Positions 60,460 through 64,000 of a stretch of DNA of 64,000 bases are shown one piece after another; positions within the stretch are counted from its first letter, which is position 1, and the number at the start of each line of letters is the position of its first letter. Made by a program: the position numbers and the translations under genes. This DNA is from Craspedostauros australis. Lineage: Eukaryota. The notes beneath the pieces are model-generated. The model saw only the letters and a program-made list of their open reading frames with translations, had not been told where the DNA came from and ran no database searches. The stretch spans positions 1-64,000 of the forward strand of contig JALAGF010003692.1 of NCBI GenBank assembly GCA_030167865.1. The letters run 5' to 3'.

Positions 60460-63400
60460 ATGCTCTCCTTCGTTTGTCATCTTCTGTTGGTCACCCCGAC
60501 CGTGGTAGATGGCTTTCAAACCACCAACAGCCAAACGCGCAATGACCACATCAACTGTGGTTCAGTGGAGGCAAACAATAATGTCGCTCAGCACGATAGG
60601 CATCAATTTTCACGACGATACCAGGCACGTCAACAGTCTCAGCAGCGACAGCAGCGGTGGATCACCACCACCATGCTCAGAGGGACGTTCACGGATGATG
60701 AACTTGCGACGGATAGAGATTCCGATCAACACCCAAACAAGAACGAAGCTTCTCTGGATGTACCGCCGATCTCACAACCGCCGTCGTCATCATCATCAAT
60801 GATGCTAACTGCCGCCGACAGCTACTTCTTCAATGTCTCAAAGGAATCCAGCCACAAGAGTACGAGTGCCCGAACACATCAGTCCATGCATTCTACATCA
60901 TCCAGTACCTCATTTTCTCAGCCAACGTCTGAGCCGCATGCTCAAAGCACCACCATCATCAGCGGCAATGACTTCTTGTCTTTCAGAAGCAAGGCAAGGG
61001 ACAACGCAGCCATACAAACAGATGTTCAAACAACAATCAACGGAGATGTTGGCGAGAGCAAAGACTCCGCCAAATCGAATGCATCGCCACCAGCTGATGA
61101 AGAGATGGATGGAATCTCGTCACAAGGTGGGTGGAGACGACCGTTTCAGGTCTTGCGCTCCTCCATCTTCCACAGACGGAAGCGAAGACGGCGAGATTCG
61201 GATGATGAAACTAGTGACAATGCATCTGCAGCAACCACAACAACCCCTACTGCAGCAACACCTACTGCAGCAACACCTACTGCTGCTACACCTACTGCTG
61301 CTACACCTACTGCTGCTACACATACCGCCTCTGAAAGCAACCAACAGCAAACCGCGGTGAATGAGAACATGCCAACCATACCGGGGACAGTGGACCAACA
61401 AATCATGGAGATGGGCGAGGGTATCTACAGCACGGCGCAGAACTTCACATCGGATGTTGCCAGCACCATCACTGGCCGTCTCAGCAGCATGAACCGAAGC
61501 GTATCATTGCGACAGCTTTGGAAACGCCGGCATGCGCGCAGTTTTGAAGATGGCATCCGCGGCCAGACGACGGACACCGAATCCCGGCTCACGTCGCTGC
61601 TGACCCGGACCAAACTCAATGAGACGGCGCCCACAGGGCGGCGGCCGATCGAACGCATCCTCATGGGCCTCATCAATGCCGTGGCCGTCGAGGTGGAAGG
61701 CATCGACGTCAATCTCCACAGCGTGGCAAAGACGCCCTTCTGGCGCAAGGAGGTGGACTCGTTGCAGATCGATTTCAACCGTCTCGGCTTTCAGCCGCTG
61801 CGGATGGGTGGAATACACAAGAACACGAACGCGAGCAACACGCAGCAGCTGCTGTTGCAACAGCAGCAACAACTGCGGCAGGAACAGCAGCTGCAGGAAG
61901 AACTGCGACAGCAGCAGCAACAGCAGATATCGCTCTTGGATGCCACCGCGGTTGCGCGACCGGACGACGACCTATCCTTGGTGGATTCCGCTGATGAAGC
62001 CTTTCTGAGAATCGATGCCGACAACAGCGGGACATTGGATACGGAGGAGCTGGCGACGGCCATCGCGATGCTATCGTCGTTCCGAGTCGACAAGGAATCG
62101 GCCTCCAAGATTGCGCGCGAATTGGTGGACATTTACGACTTGAACGGCGACGGCGTCGTGGATCGTGAAGAATACCAGCAAATGATTGAGGATATGGCCA
62201 ACCTGCAGCACTCCCAAACAATCAAGAAGAAGAAGGAGGAAGAAAAGGCGTCCTTCGGCGACAGTGTCATGGGCATGTTCAATGGCGTGCGCAAAATGCT
62301 GAACATGACCAATCTCACAACCGCGGCCACAACCTCAACCGCAACCAACAGCGAAGAGGCGGACGGCACCGACGAGCTCATGATGATGGAGCCCGATTGG
62401 GGTTCCATCGTACTGTCGGACATGAAGCTCGATCTGCGCCGTCTGGTGTTTGGCGGCATACCTCTCATCAAGCGGATCGCACCTGGAGGCCCGCTGGTGT
62501 TGGAGCCTTTCACAGTGACAGTATCCGGTTCCTTCAATTCCGAGGATGTCCTGGGATCCTTCCTCCTGGACTTTGGGTTGCGCAGCCTCGTCGCACGAGC
62601 ATTACGCGTCCGCCTGCGATCCTTCCGCGATGTAATCGATGGCGCGTTGCTGTTTGGTCGACAGTGGAAGATGGCCAGCAAGACCGCTCCCGTTGTCGAC
62701 GTCCTGGGCCTCGAGAGCGTGGAATTCGATGACCGTAACAAGATGGTCATCACCGGGCGTGCTCGCATTCGCGCCAGCCCGGACGCACCCATCGTCACGA
62801 ACACCTTCAAGGTGCGGACCAAAATCGGGACGGGCCGGAACGGGCAATCCATCCGACTAGTGGAACCCGAATTGGCATTTGTTTTGGAATGCCCGGAGGC
62901 GTTGGAGAAAGGGTGAGTTCATCGATGCTTGGAGTCGTTGTTGCTTCTTGTGTTGTTGCGCGTGGTGCACTAGTACTGGTACGACAGAAATGAGTCGCTG
63001 GTAATTTGTCTGAATGCTTGCGAATGCCCTTGTCCATCTCTAACACAGTTGGCTGGAATGACAATGACACTGCGCTTCACAATATTGGAAATGGGTTGCG
63101 TATCGCGGGGATGTTTCGGATGAACACCTCATGGCAACAATTGATGGGGATGAACGCAACGAAACGGAACGCAACCAATGGGCATGAATACGTGCCTCCC
63201 ACTGTGACCACAAATCCGTACAAATACGAACGTGTGCAAACACATGCACGCTGCAGACTTGGAATCGTTTGTGAGAAGCTGGGCATGCCTGCGCCGAAAC
63301 GACCAGATCCCATCTACTCCTTCTTTCCCATCTATTCACCGTTCAAGGTGGACGAGAATGCTGGATATGACATGGGGAACGACAACTGCATGGAGGAGAT

Positions 63401-63890
63401 TTACATCAGGGACGGAGCGTTGCGATTCCGCATGAGGGCCGTATTGCGTCCAGGCCGTTTCCTCGGCAGTCATTACTTGGCGTTCACCGTGCCGGAACGC
63501 ACGTTCATCATCACGATGGATCGCGTGAAGGAGGGCATCAAAACTGCCCGGAAGAACAAGAAGATTGCCGCCTTGGAAAAGAAGCTGAAGGCCGATGAAG
63601 CCGCAAAGCTGCAGCCAAGGAATCTCACGAAAACCTCCAGATGGAAATCGCTGTCTCCCATCGTGTCCTTCTCGTCGATCAAATCCAAACTGCAATCCAC
63701 AGGTTCCATCCGACGCAAGGTCTTCAGGTGGAAGTCGCGGCAGCAGCCAAAGAGCTTCTTTTCGCGTTTCGTGGAAGGTTACACATTGTCGGAGGAACGC
63801 GATGAAGGAGAGGAGCTGTCTGAGGCTATCAGCACTTTCTTTGGTCGTCAGAGTGGTTCCAACTTCACTGCCCGAAGTGCGGAAGTGTGA
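60460..63890 (+). CDS. EF-hand protein with DUF2993/LmeA-like region and putative bipartite plastid-targeting N-terminus, 2 exons, ~1028 aa
   Basis: Exons 60460-62912 and 63257-63890 (GTGAGT...TGCAG, join EKG|LGIV). Canonical EF loops DADNSGTLDTEE and DLNGDGVVDREE. N-terminus MLSFVCHLLLVTPTVVDG-F. An alternative upstream ATG lies at 60286. Confidence 0.8.
61246..61320 (+). repeat. Coding minisatellite, 15 bp x5 (CCTACTGCWGCWACA), encoding (PTAAT)5
   Basis: Directly visible. Two copies are cctactgcagcaaca and three are cctactgctgctaca. Confidence 0.95.
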
Positions 63891-64000
63891 GCGAGACAAG
63901 TCGGGCGCGCGGAGATTGGAAGCGCGCCGCTATCCCGAATAACAGTGGCAACACAGACGAGGTCAACTGTGAAAGAGTGCAACGGTAATAACAGCAGCAG

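Noticed and set aside
1-64000. rRNA, tRNA, transposon, viral or CRISPR elements
   Set aside because: No transposase, reverse transcriptase or integrase motifs, terminal repeats, or recognisable structured RNA genes were seen by eye. tRNAscan, Infernal and RepeatModeler would be needed to exclude them fully.

Overview
Gene-dense eukaryotic nuclear DNA. It is most likely from a diatom or other photosynthetic stramenopile, inferred from GT-AG introns, bipartite signal+transit-like N-termini and bacterial-type organellar enzymes. I can support 19 protein-coding genes, and every spliced model below joins in frame. In order: an ABCG half-transporter; two low-complexity hypothetical proteins; an OB-fold protein with an RGG/Q/H-rich tail; a SHAQKYF-type MYB; a coiled-coil/TM protein; a DUF89/ARMT1 phosphatase; three paralogous FMN-dependent alpha-hydroxy-acid dehydrogenases with a bromodomain gene between copies 2 and 3; VAC14; a YidD-like protein; a GpsA-type glycerol-3-phosphate dehydrogenase; a three-exon Whirly-family ssDNA-binding protein; a pyruvate dehydrogenase kinase; a large TPR protein; a PIG-F-like protein; and an EF-hand/DUF2993-like protein. 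No rRNA, tRNA, CRISPR array or recognisable transposon was seen. The most notable observations are (1) a Whirly protein, not visible as a single ORF, ending in a bacterial SSB-like tail (...NNNDVPF*); (2) a diverging hydroxy-acid dehydrogenase array with mosaic sequence identity, next to a metabolite-damage phosphatase; and (3) an EF-hand pair inserted inside a DUF2993-like domain. All family assignments come from motif recognition by eye, not from database searches.
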